The position numbers were made by a program, and so were the translations under genes. Under the pieces are notes generated by a model. That model was not told the origin of the DNA, made no database searches, and was given only the letters and a program-made list of their open reading frames with translations. From NCBI GenBank assembly GCA_013139435.1, contig WTAW01000061.1, forward strand, positions 1-28,285: 28,285 bases of DNA, read 5' to 3'. Of the stretch, positions 17,449 through 25,190 are shown piece after piece; the stretch's first letter is position 1, and each line of letters opens with the position of its first letter. The DNA comes from Candidatus Aminicenantes bacterium (GTDB taxonomy: Bacteria; Acidobacteriota; Aminicenantia; Aminicenantales; Aminicenantaceae).

Positions 17449-18138
17449 TTAAAAGAGTGCAGAATTAATAGCGTATAGTGCCAACTGAAGACGGCTGTGT
17501 GTGTCAAGTTTTGCATAAATACTTTTGATGTGGGATCTTACAGTGTTCTTGCTGATAAACATTGCTGAGGCGATCTCATCATTGCTTTTGCCCTGGCCGA
17601 TGAGTCTAAGAACCTGAAATTCAGTGGGAGTGAGCTGGTCGAGTGTTTTTTCTTTGAGATCACGTCCTACCACAGAAATGATTCGGTCCATTATGCTGCT
17701 CATCTTATCTCTTGGCAACCATATTTCGTCCTTGTTGATGATCCGGATGGCTTCGGGAAGTTGGTTGGCTGGGTCGTTCAGGTCGAAGTACCCTCGTACG
17801 CCCACATTCATGAGGCTCACGACCTCTTCATGAGAAGGGATGTTTCCCAGGAGCATAAGCTGTGATTTCTTGTCGTCTTCTGAAATATCCCTGATGGCTT
17901 TGCAGATCTCTCGGATATTGGGTAATGGTTCAGAATTTGCAAAAAGGACGATGTTTGGGCGGAGTGTTTTTATGGATTCCAAAAACGACTCGATCGTGCT
18001 TTTTTCAATATTCACAACTTCCAGTTCTTTATCCGCATCGATCGCTTTTAAAATTCCCGAGAGTATCAGGTCAGAAATGCAATAGATCAGAACACTGATT
18101 TTTTTAGAATCTGATGCTTGAGATTTCTTATTATTCAT
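17449..18138 (-). CDS. LuxR/NarL-family regulator with atypical receiver domain (VpsT/CsgD-like)
   Basis: C-terminal HTH LTPTEFQVLRLIGQGKSNDEIA..MFISKNTVRSHIKSIYAKL. The receiver lacks the acidic pair (VLIYCI) and the phospho-Asp (IVLFAN). DEIWLPR follows. Confidence 0.9.
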   Translation of the reverse strand: MNNKKSQASDSKKISVLIYCISDLILSGILKAIDADKELEVVNIEKSTIESFLESIKTLRPNIVLFANSEPLPNIREICKAIRDISEDDKKSQLMLLGNIPSHEEVVSLMNVGVRGYFDLNDPANQLPEAIRIINKDEIWLPRDKMSSIMDRIISVVGRDLKEKTLDQLTPTEFQVLRLIGQGKSNDEIASAMFISKNTVRSHIKSIYAKLDTHSRLQLALYAINSALF

Positions 18139-18196
18139 TGCTATCTCTTCTTTTTCCCCCTTTAGACGTATTCATTCACCTTTCATTTTTGAGGAT

Positions 18197-18225
18197 ATGT
18201 TATAAGAACAAAATTTTTATGTCAA
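18197..18225 (-). promoter_or_regulatory. Sigma70-type promoter for the LuxR-PilZ1-coaE unit
   Basis: TTGACA (18225-18220), 17 nt, TAACAT (18202-18197). Confidence 0.6.
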
Positions 18226-18247
18226 GAACCTTCAGTGCCTGTTTGTA

Positions 18248-18260
18248 TGAATAGTCCAGG
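18248..18260 (+). repeat. Degenerate copy of the TGAATAATCCAGG repeat (copy A)
   Basis: TGAATAGTCCAGG, 1 mismatch to the core. Confidence 0.45.
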
Positions 18261-18325
18261 ATAGATGAGTATTGACATAATACAAATGAAGAGGGGAGAA
18301 AACGAAACAGGCCGGATCAACGGAC

Positions 18326-18700
18326 CTATGAGGTGTTTTGGATCTTATAGGATCGGTCTAAACGGATGATGACGAGCTGTTTTTTCCGACTGTCTGTCTC
18401 TGTTTGAACAAAGACAACTTCACCGGATATCAAAAGGTTGAGATGAGACTCGAGTATCAATGTTTTGGGAATCTGCAAACACAGGTTGATTCTTGTGCCG
18501 ATGGTCACTTTGACTTTGAGCCAAAAGGAGGCTTCCTGAGAGCTTATGGATGATATCTTTGTCCGTTCTTCGAATTCTTCTCCTTTAGCGTTAGCCCCTG
18601 AAACAAGTGCTGGCACTGAGAGCTCAAAGTAACGTTCCTGCTTTTGTACGGTTGTTTTATTAGGTACAGATGCCTTATCGAGAGTTCTTGTCAAGTCCAT
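18326..18700 (-). CDS. Degenerate PilZ-like protein (PilZ-2)
   Basis: Aligns by eye to PilZ-1 (FEL..PALV.G....G..F.E.T...ISS...F.L..V..G), but RxxxR becomes KQERY and NxSxxG becomes SISSQE. Confidence 0.75.
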   Translation of the reverse strand: MDLTRTLDKASVPNKTTVQKQERYFELSVPALVSGANAKGEEFEERTKISSISSQEASFWLKVKVTIGTRINLCLQIPKTLILESHLNLLISGEVVFVQTETDSRKKQLVIIRLDRSYKIQNTS

Positions 18701-18846
18701 TTCACGCCCATTGTGTCAGACATCCTATGCACAATCAATCGCTTCTAAGGATGATTTCCAGGGTGATTTTTTGTTCCCCTTTCTCATCGGAAGAGGTTAA
18801 ATCTATGGCTAATCTGAATTTTTCACAAAAATTGTCAAACACTTCC

Positions 18847-18932
18847 TAACCTGGATTATTCACGAGTTGAGTGGTAGGTCGGGTCGGTTGCTGCAGCGGT
18901 GAGGAGGTGGCCCATGAAGTTTGGGCGAGAGG
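18847..18932. repeat. Partial/decayed MITE-like copy (copy B)
   Basis: TAACCTGGATTATTCACGAGTTGAG (18847-18871) is the exact reverse complement of 21433-21457. It also shares GGTTGCTGCA-N13-GGCCCATGAAG with that element. Confidence 0.75.
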
Positions 18933-18935
18933 GTG

Positions 18936-19295
18936 TTATTTTTGCGAGTCGATAATATATTTACTCGAAAACTTGAGTGATACGCGTTGTTTTGAGCTTT
19001 TGCCTTTTAAGACTTCTACAAAGATGACTTTCCCTTTGATGACGAGCTTGAGATCCTTTCTGTCTGCTAACTTAGGTGGAAGGTCTATGATGAGTTTGAG
19101 CTCGCTTCCCAAAGCCACAGGATTTGTCAACCAAAAGGATGAGCCATGATGGCTTATATAAGATAAAACCGTCTTCTCTTTGAAGTCTTTCCCCGATTCT
19201 TCCTGGCCCTCGATCAGAGTTGGAAGAGATAGATTGAATCCCTGTTCTTTTAGGGCGGTGTTAACATTGAAATTATCTGATGATTCGTATGACAT
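18936..19295 (-). CDS. Degenerate PilZ-like protein (PilZ-3)
   Basis: FNLSLPTLIEG..ESG..FKEKT....IS..G..FWL...V..GS.L.L.I.LP aligns to PilZ-1/2; c-di-GMP motifs absent. Start revised to ATG 19295. Confidence 0.75.
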   Translation of the reverse strand: MSYESSDNFNVNTALKEQGFNLSLPTLIEGQEESGKDFKEKTVLSYISHHGSSFWLTNPVALGSELKLIIDLPPKLADRKDLKLVIKGKVIFVEVLKGKSSKQRVSLKFSSKYIIDSQK

Positions 19296-19746
19296 AAGCG
19301 CTTCCTTTTCCAATTTTTTATGCCAAAGTTAAAATGCCACAGCTCCTGTAACATGGTCAATCACCCTTTTGGATGAAATTAGGGGTGAATTTCCTTCTGT
19401 CGTTTTATCACCTCGTTTCACCCCTGGAAATGAGAAAGATATTACCCGTATCATCTTTGTGGGAAATGGATCGTTTCCTTTTGTTTCGACCGCATCAATT
19501 TTTTGTGTTTGTGCTGTGGCCTCATCAAATTTTAAGTGAACCTTCCGAAGTTCTCTATGTGATTGACTCCAAAGGATTTATGCAGGAAATCAATAATATG
19601 ACCACTATATATAGCCTATATTAGGAGTGCTGTATACAATATATTGCACTTGAAACTCTTTTAGTAACAACGATCCGTTAGATAAAAAATCACGATTTTG
19701 CCATATCACCCCTCAGTGCTGACGGGCACTTGAGATTGGCGCTTTC

Positions 19747-19775
19747 TTGACAAAATTGGGGACTGCGGCTAGAAT
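19747..19775 (+). promoter_or_regulatory. Sigma70 promoter for proS
   Basis: TTGACA, 17 nt, TAGAAT; 30 nt upstream of the GTG start. Confidence 0.7.
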
Positions 19776-19805
19776 GACCAAGAATTTTGGCCACGGGAGA
19801 TTGAA

Positions 19806-21260
19806 GTGAAAAAAGAAGATCGATTCGTTAAGCAAATTACGCCCAAAAGTGTTGATTTTTCAAAATGGTATGGTGAGATCATTCGCAAAGCTGAACTCGC
19901 AGACTATGCTCCCATGAAGGGGATGATGATCATCCGGCCTTATGGGTATGCTATTTGGGAAAATCTGAAGGCCCAATTGGATAAGAGGATCAAGGATTCG
20001 GGCCACTCTAATGCGTATTTTCCACTGTTTATACCCGAGTCTCTTCTCGCAAAAGAAACGGAACATCTTGAGGGATTCTCTCCTGAAGTAGCTTGGGTGA
20101 CTCATGGTGGCCAAGAAGAATTGGAAGAGCGTCTGGCTGTACGCCCCACTTCTGAAGCGATCATTGGCAGCATGTATTCCAAATGGATCAAGTCCTGGCG
20201 TGACTTGCCTTTGTTGATCAATCAATGGGCGAATATCGTCCGCTGGGAAAAGGTCACACGACCCTTTTTGAGGACGACTGAGTTTTTATGGCAAGAGGGC
20301 CACACCGTGCATGAGACATCAGAGGAAGCTCAGGAAGAAACACTGATGATCCTAGCGATGTATAAAGAGTTTGTGGAGTCCGAGTTGGCTATCCCAGTGA
20401 TTTCAGGGATTAAATCAGAACGCGAAAAATTCGCTGGGGCACTGGCCACCTATGCCATCGAAGCGTTGATGTCTGATGGCAAAGCCCTTCAAATGGGGAC
20501 ATCCCACAATTTGGGCCAGCACTTTTCAAAAGTTTTTAATATCCGGTATGAGGACAGGAACCAGAATATCCAGTATGCATGGCAGACATCGTGGGGCATG
20601 TCCACACGACTGATCGGAGCACTGATCATGGCTCATGGAGATGACTCTGGATTGAGATTGCCCCCTAGGATCGCTCCGATCCAGGCTGTCATTGTGCCCA
20701 TTTCCCTGGGAAACTGGAAGGATGAGGTACTCCCTGTTGCTGTGAAGATCCAGAGTGAATTGCATGAAATGGGTCTGCGCGTGGAGCTCGATCAAAGGGA
20801 GGAATTCACTCCTGGGTGGAAATTTTCCGAGTGGGAGATGAGAGGAGTTCCTATAAGGATTGAGATCGGTCCTAGAGACGTTAAAGAGAACCAGGCTATT
20901 TGTGTGAGACGTGATAGCGGCAAAAAAGAACCTGTGCCGCTTGATGCTTTAGCAGTAAAGCTACCCGAGCTCCTGTCTGATATCCAAAAATCTTTGTATG
21001 CAAAGGCCCTGGAATTTCAGATGACCAACACTCATGATATCGAGAGCTACGAGGAGTTTAAAGCCACTCTTGAGGAACAACGAGGATTTCTCAGGACGTT
21101 CTGGTGCGGTAAAACGGCATGCGAAGAAAGGATCAAGGAAGAGACTATGGCCACGATACGAGTGATTCTCCTAGAAGAGGATAAATCAATAGGTGGAGAA
21201 AGATGCATTCTGTGCGGAGAAAAATCTGAACACCTGGCCTATTTCGCCCGTGCATACTAA
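19806..21260 (+). CDS. proS: Proline--tRNA ligase (eukaryote/archaea-like type, no INS editing domain)
   Basis: FSKWY, YGYAIWE, FPLFIP, RPTSE, NQWANIVRWE, RTTEFLWQEGHT, LQMGTSHNLGQHF, PGWKFSEWE, terminal FARAY. Confidence 0.97.
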   Translation: MKKEDRFVKQITPKSVDFSKWYGEIIRKAELADYAPMKGMMIIRPYGYAIWENLKAQLDKRIKDSGHSNAYFPLFIPESLLAKETEHLEGFSPEVAWVTHGGQEELEERLAVRPTSEAIIGSMYSKWIKSWRDLPLLINQWANIVRWEKVTRPFLRTTEFLWQEGHTVHETSEEAQEETLMILAMYKEFVESELAIPVISGIKSEREKFAGALATYAIEALMSDGKALQMGTSHNLGQHFSKVFNIRYEDRNQNIQYAWQTSWGMSTRLIGALIMAHGDDSGLRLPPRIAPIQAVIVPISLGNWKDEVLPVAVKIQSELHEMGLRVELDQREEFTPGWKFSEWEMRGVPIRIEIGPRDVKENQAICVRRDSGKKEPVPLDALAVKLPELLSDIQKSLYAKALEFQMTNTHDIESYEEFKATLEEQRGFLRTFWCGKTACEERIKEETMATIRVILLEEDKSIGGERCILCGEKSEHLAYFARAY

Positions 21261-21455
21261 ATCTGAATCATTCATAAAAACTGTCGATTTCCTTATAATT
21301 AAAACTCTTAATTCTTATAATCGACATTTTTTACCCTTCGGGCGAGCTGATCTCACCGCATCTACTTCGTTGCGACCCATTCGAAGTGGACGACCACGTC
21401 TTCATGGGCCGACGCCTAGCATATGCAGCAACCTCAACTCGTGAATAATCCAGGT
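21261..21455. mobile_element. MITE-like element (copies F and C), about 195 bp
   Basis: Imperfect terminal inverted repeats ATCTGAATCATTCA...TGAATAATCCAGGT (11/14), TAA on both flanks, two internal hairpins, no coding capacity. Confidence 0.6.
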
Positions 21456-21526
21456 TAATTAATTTTATAGATTTTGCCCTGTCTGTGGGACACACCTAAC
21501 ACCCTAAACTAAACTAGCAATATTGG

Positions 21527-21556
21527 TTGAGTGTATAGGCGCGGATGCAGTATAAT
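21527..21556 (+). promoter_or_regulatory. Possible sigma70 promoter for pcm-DUF192
   Basis: TTGAGT, 18 nt, TATAAT. Confidence 0.5.
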
Positions 21557-21632
21557 CAGTCCTTGAGTTGAATTTTCTGTTTTCAATAATATTGGAGTCA
21601 AATCGCGGAGAATGACCTCTGAAAAACCTTAG

Positions 21633-22274
21633 ATGAAAAAAGCAAAAAAAACTTACACGGAAGAACGGGAATCGATGGTGTCCACTCAGATCAAGTCCAG
21701 AGGAATAAAGGATGTGAACGTTCTTGAGGCCATGGAGAAAGTGCCACGCCACTTGTTTGTACCCGAGAATATGAGGAAGCTTGCATACAATGATGAACCT
21801 CTTCCGATCGGTAATGGCCAGACTATTTCTCAGCCTTATATCGTGGCCTACATGACTGAAGTCCTTCAGTTATCTGTCGAAGAAAAGGTCTTAGAGGTGG
21901 GGACCGGTTCTGGTTATCAAGCCGCTGTCCTAGCGGAAATCGCCAAGGAGGTATTCACTGTAGAGATCATTGATGGACTTTCGAAAAATGCACAGGAGGT
22001 GCTGCAGGAGGAAGGCTACACAAACATTCATTTCAGAGTCGGAGATGGATCGTACGGATGGGAAGAGAATGCCCCATACGATGCCATAATGGTGACTGCG
22101 GCTCCGTCCGAAGTGCCGAAAGCTCTGCAGGACCAGCTGAAAATTGGGGGAAGAATGATCGTTCCTGTAGGCGATGCCTTCCAGGAACTGGTCCTTATTG
22201 TCAGAGAAAAAAGAAAATTCAAAAAGAAAAAATTGTTGCCTGTCCGGTTTGTGCCACTCGTAAAGCCACATTAA
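21633..22274 (+). CDS. pcm: Protein-L-isoaspartate(D-aspartate) O-methyltransferase
   Basis: VPRHLFV, PLPIGNGQTISQPYIVA.M, VLEVGTGSGYQAAVLA, GDGSYGW...APYDAI.VTAA, VRFVPL. Confidence 0.96.
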   Translation: MKKAKKTYTEERESMVSTQIKSRGIKDVNVLEAMEKVPRHLFVPENMRKLAYNDEPLPIGNGQTISQPYIVAYMTEVLQLSVEEKVLEVGTGSGYQAAVLAEIAKEVFTVEIIDGLSKNAQEVLQEEGYTNIHFRVGDGSYGWEENAPYDAIMVTAAPSEVPKALQDQLKIGGRMIVPVGDAFQELVLIVREKRKFKKKKLLPVRFVPLVKPH

Positions 22275-22321
22275 TCCACCTGAATTGTGCCTTTAAGAAA
22301 AAAAATGGTGTGAGGTTAGAA

Positions 22322-22780
22322 ATGAAGAGGATATTTCCAGTTCTTCTGATAGCTCTTGCTGTGTGTTCTTTAGCAAGAACTCCGAGCGAGGATTATATCC
22401 AGGTTTTTTTCCCGAATGGAAAAATCATCACTGCTGAACTTGCGGCTTCGGATGCGGAGAGAGCCCGCGGACTTATGAACAGAGAGATAATCAATCCTGA
22501 TCAAGGAATGCTGTTTGTTTTCGATTACGAAGGGGTTCACTCGATGTGGATGAAAAATATGCTCATTCCCCTGGACTTTCTGTGGCTGGACAGGGAACAG
22601 CGAATTGTTCATATCGAAGAGAATGTTCCTCCCTGTGAAAGAGATCCGTGTCCGTCCTATGCGTCCAAGATCCCGGCGATGTACGTTTTAGAATTGAAAG
22701 CGGGAAGTATTAAGCAAAATGGGCTGAACCTGTATGATAAGATCGATTTTGTACTCAAGGAGATCGATCGCAAAACGTGA
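22322..22780 (+). CDS. DUF192 family exported protein
   Basis: Signal peptide MKRIFPVLLIALAVC; ERARGLM.R, GMLFVF, MWMKNM.IPLD..W, YVLEL.AG. The track's longer start at 22058 overlaps pcm and is rejected. Confidence 0.88.
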   Translation: MKRIFPVLLIALAVCSLARTPSEDYIQVFFPNGKIITAELAASDAERARGLMNREIINPDQGMLFVFDYEGVHSMWMKNMLIPLDFLWLDREQRIVHIEENVPPCERDPCPSYASKIPAMYVLELKAGSIKQNGLNLYDKIDFVLKEIDRKT

Positions 22781-22809
22781 AATATAAACCGCAAAAGTTC
22801 TTTAGATTA

Positions 22810-22954
22810 CCTGGATTATTCATAAACTATCGATTATGAGTGAAAATCGTATATGAAATGTAGCGCCTAAATGAATACTCTGAAAAAAACAATGTAACAT
22901 TCTGAAATTTGGTCTGTTAAAATGAGAATCGACATTTTTTATGAATAATTCAGG
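22810..22954. mobile_element. MITE-like element (copies D and E), 145 bp
   Basis: CCTGGATTATTCATAAA (22810-22826) and TTTATGAATAATTCAGG (22938-22954) are inverted repeats (16/17) with subterminal TCGATT/AATCGA; located between convergent genes. Confidence 0.6.
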
Positions 22955-24081
22955 AAAAGCAGTTTCCCCAGCGCTTTCGCTGCGTTTTGTGAGGCCTTCC
23001 GTTCACCCAAAGATCCTCTAATCTTCTGGAATTGCTCTTTCATGCGTGCTCTGGTCTGCTCTGACTGGAGGATATTTCTGGTTTCGTTCACAATATTGTC
23101 GGGTGTGAACCTTTTTTGGATCAATTCCGGGATAATTTTCGAGCCCGCAAGGATGTTGACGATACTGTACGTTCGTGTGCGTACAAAAGGAATCCCCAGA
23201 CTGTAGGTTAGAGGGGAAATCCGGTAGTATGCGATGAAAGGGACTCCGAGGAGTGCGGCTTCCAGGTTTGCCGTTCCACAAGAGGAAAGGATCAAATCAC
23301 TGTATGCCATCCCTTCCAAGCGGTCCTCTGTGAGGATATTAATGCGGGACTGGTCAGGCGGGAGAAAGCTCCTCAAGTATTCAACATCCAAATTCTCCGC
23401 CAGGGGAAGAACATGCTGGATTCCCCACTCCTCTTCGATCTTTTGAACTGCAGGGGTGAGTATTGGCATGTGGTAGTTGATCTCCGACTGTCTGCTTCCC
23501 GGGAGCAGACAGATCGTTTTTTTATCCGGAGAGAGATTATACTTCTGATAAAATTCCTCCCTGGAGAGCGATAAATTCATTCTCTCGAGAAGCGGATGCC
23601 CAACATATTCTGCTGGGATCCCGGCCTGTTGGTAGATCTTTGCCTCAAAGGGAAAGATCAACAGCATTTTATCCACATACTTTTTTATCGTTTTCAGCCT
23701 TCCTTTTCTCCATGCCCAGACTGTGGGACTTATGTAATAAAGCACTGGGATCCCAAGCTTTTTGAGCGATTTCACTAGACGGAGGTTAAAGTCTGGAGAA
23801 TCGATCAAAACAGCGGCCTCAGGTTTCCGCCGCTCCACTTCATGCTTGATGTTACTGAGAATTCTCTTCAATCGCGGAAGGTGAGAGAGGATTTCGAATA
23901 TACCCACATGCGAAAGGTCTTGAATGGAATAGAGAAGGCTGACCCCCTCCTCTTTCATTTGGTGTCCCCCGATCCCAAAAAATTCCGTCGATGGATTATT
24001 GTTTCTGAACTCTTTGATAAAACTGGCTCCGCATTTCTCTCCAGAATTTTCTCCGGCAACGATAAGAATGGAGTGTGTCAA
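22939..24081 (-). CDS. lpxB: Lipid-A-disaccharide synthase
   Basis: VAGENSG, IDSPDFNLRL, YYISPTVWAWR.GR, IFPFE, YVGHPL, LLPGSR.SE, GTA.LE.AL, NIL, PELIQ. Confidence 0.95.
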   Translation of the reverse strand: MTHSILIVAGENSGEKCGASFIKEFRNNNPSTEFFGIGGHQMKEEGVSLLYSIQDLSHVGIFEILSHLPRLKRILSNIKHEVERRKPEAAVLIDSPDFNLRLVKSLKKLGIPVLYYISPTVWAWRKGRLKTIKKYVDKMLLIFPFEAKIYQQAGIPAEYVGHPLLERMNLSLSREEFYQKYNLSPDKKTICLLPGSRQSEINYHMPILTPAVQKIEEEWGIQHVLPLAENLDVEYLRSFLPPDQSRINILTEDRLEGMAYSDLILSSCGTANLEAALLGVPFIAYYRISPLTYSLGIPFVRTRTYSIVNILAGSKIIPELIQKRFTPDNIVNETRNILQSEQTRARMKEQFQKIRGSLGERKASQNAAKALGKLLFLNYS

Positions 24082-24722
24082 TCCTTTTCTTCTTCCTGGC
24101 CGTAATAGACGATTTCAGGCATGTTGCTCGAGTCCATCCCATGAAAAAAGAGCCATTTATCATAAGAATCGCTGTCAAGATAGATTTTGAAGGAACTTTT
24201 ATCTGATGAGCTCACAACTCCGATGATTTGGGGATTGTCCACAGAGTTGAGAGCGCTGAAGGGAACGATGTAGATTTTTTGAATGGCTGCCGCACTCCCT
24301 CTTCCCGCTTGTCCGGCCCTTGATGAGCCTTCCTGGAGTGTCCTCCCTCTACGTCTTTGAGAAGTGCGCTCGAAAGGATTCTGGCGGGAGCGGCGAGCCT
24401 GTTGTGGCTGCGTCGTGGCACCCCGCTGATAAGGGAGAATAATGTTCCACTCTCCATGCGATGTCATCGGATCTCTGTACAGCCGGCGGAGGCATTTTTC
24501 TTCGATGAGCTCGTCGAGTGTGCTGGGAAAACTTCCTGGCTTTTTGAGCTGGAAGAGCCGGACCGCCTCTACATATTGATTTCCCCTAAAGATCAACTCT
24601 TCTTCTTTTTCCCGTTGGATCTGTGTCTGCCAGACAGGAACGGCTACAAGAAGCCCGATACTCAAGATCGAAACTGCAAATATGAGGATGAGCAGGGTGT
24701 AACCCTTTTGTCTCTCACTCAT
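24078..24722 (-). CDS. Type II secretion/type IV pilin-like minor pseudopilin
   Basis: Class III signal QKG|YTLLIL without Glu5; REKEEELIFRG.QY..A, LRRLYRDPMT. Start revised to ATG 24722. Confidence 0.8.
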   Translation of the reverse strand: MSERQKGYTLLILIFAVSILSIGLLVAVPVWQTQIQREKEEELIFRGNQYVEAVRLFQLKKPGSFPSTLDELIEEKCLRRLYRDPMTSHGEWNIILPYQRGATTQPQQARRSRQNPFERTSQRRRGRTLQEGSSRAGQAGRGSAAAIQKIYIVPFSALNSVDNPQIIGVVSSSDKSSFKIYLDSDSYDKWLFFHGMDSSNMPEIVYYGQEEEKD

Positions 24723-24757
24723 GTTGCACTCCCTTCTGCGAGCGAATGAATCGGTTC

Positions 24758-25159
24758 TCACCATGTGGAGTAAAGTGTCCCATCCAGGGATGTTTCATAA
24801 GAGCCTGATCTTACATCAGATATGCCTGGCTGAACTCCAGCGACCAGATCTTCCTCGGTGAGGACTTCCATGAATTCGAACCACGAATCCGTGGTCCTGG
24901 TGATGGGATCTACGGGAATTCTAAAGAGATAGCCGTCATCGACAAGCGTCTGTAGAGAGGCAGGATATTGGCCTTTATCTAAATAGTATTGACCGATGAG
25001 TTTTCTCATCAGAAAGAGGTCCTCTTTAAGCACAGCCTCTCTAGCTCTTTTTGTGGCATTTGTGTATTGGGGTAGCCCCAATCCCACGAGAATGCCGAGC
25101 AAAGCAAAAACAATCATCATTTCGATGAGAGTGAACCCTTTTTGTCTTTGATTTTTCAT
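24758..25159 (-). CDS. GspG-like pseudopilin
   Basis: QKG|FTLIEM prepilin motif; ARE.VLKEDL..MR..I.QY..DKG.YP.SL..LV, IPVDPIT, DVRSG. Confidence 0.88.
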   Translation of the reverse strand: MKNQRQKGFTLIEMMIVFALLGILVGLGLPQYTNATKRAREAVLKEDLFLMRKLIGQYYLDKGQYPASLQTLVDDGYLFRIPVDPITRTTDSWFEFMEVLTEEDLVAGVQPGISDVRSGSYETSLDGTLYSTW

Positions 25160-25190
25160 TCTTGAATATTCCTCATCTTAATTTAAGAGT

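Noticed and set aside
17427-17516. 30-aa N-terminal extension of PilZ-1
   Set aside because: Overlaps the LuxR 3' end, and a good RBS precedes ATG 17426.
18872-18890. GTAGGTCGGGTCGGTT in repeat copy B resembling the REP at 3481 (GTAGGGTCGGTT)
   Set aside because: Short match with no accompanying hairpin; not enough to link the two repeat families.
19373-19624. 83-aa plus-strand ORF in the PilZ-3/proS gap, and an unstarted ~75-codon minus frame in the same region
   Set aside because: No RBS, no recognisable motif, no proper start for the minus frame.
18701-19746. c-di-GMP-I/II or c-di-AMP (ydaO) riboswitch upstream of the PilZ genes
   Set aside because: No GGCAAA/GNRA/GACGCAAA core was found. 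GGGGTGA and CCCGTCAGC occur but in the wrong order and spacing for ydaO. A covariance search was not run.
22058-22321. Cys-rich N-terminal extension of the DUF192 ORF
   Set aside because: An out-of-frame shadow of pcm; a signal peptide starts at ATG 22322.
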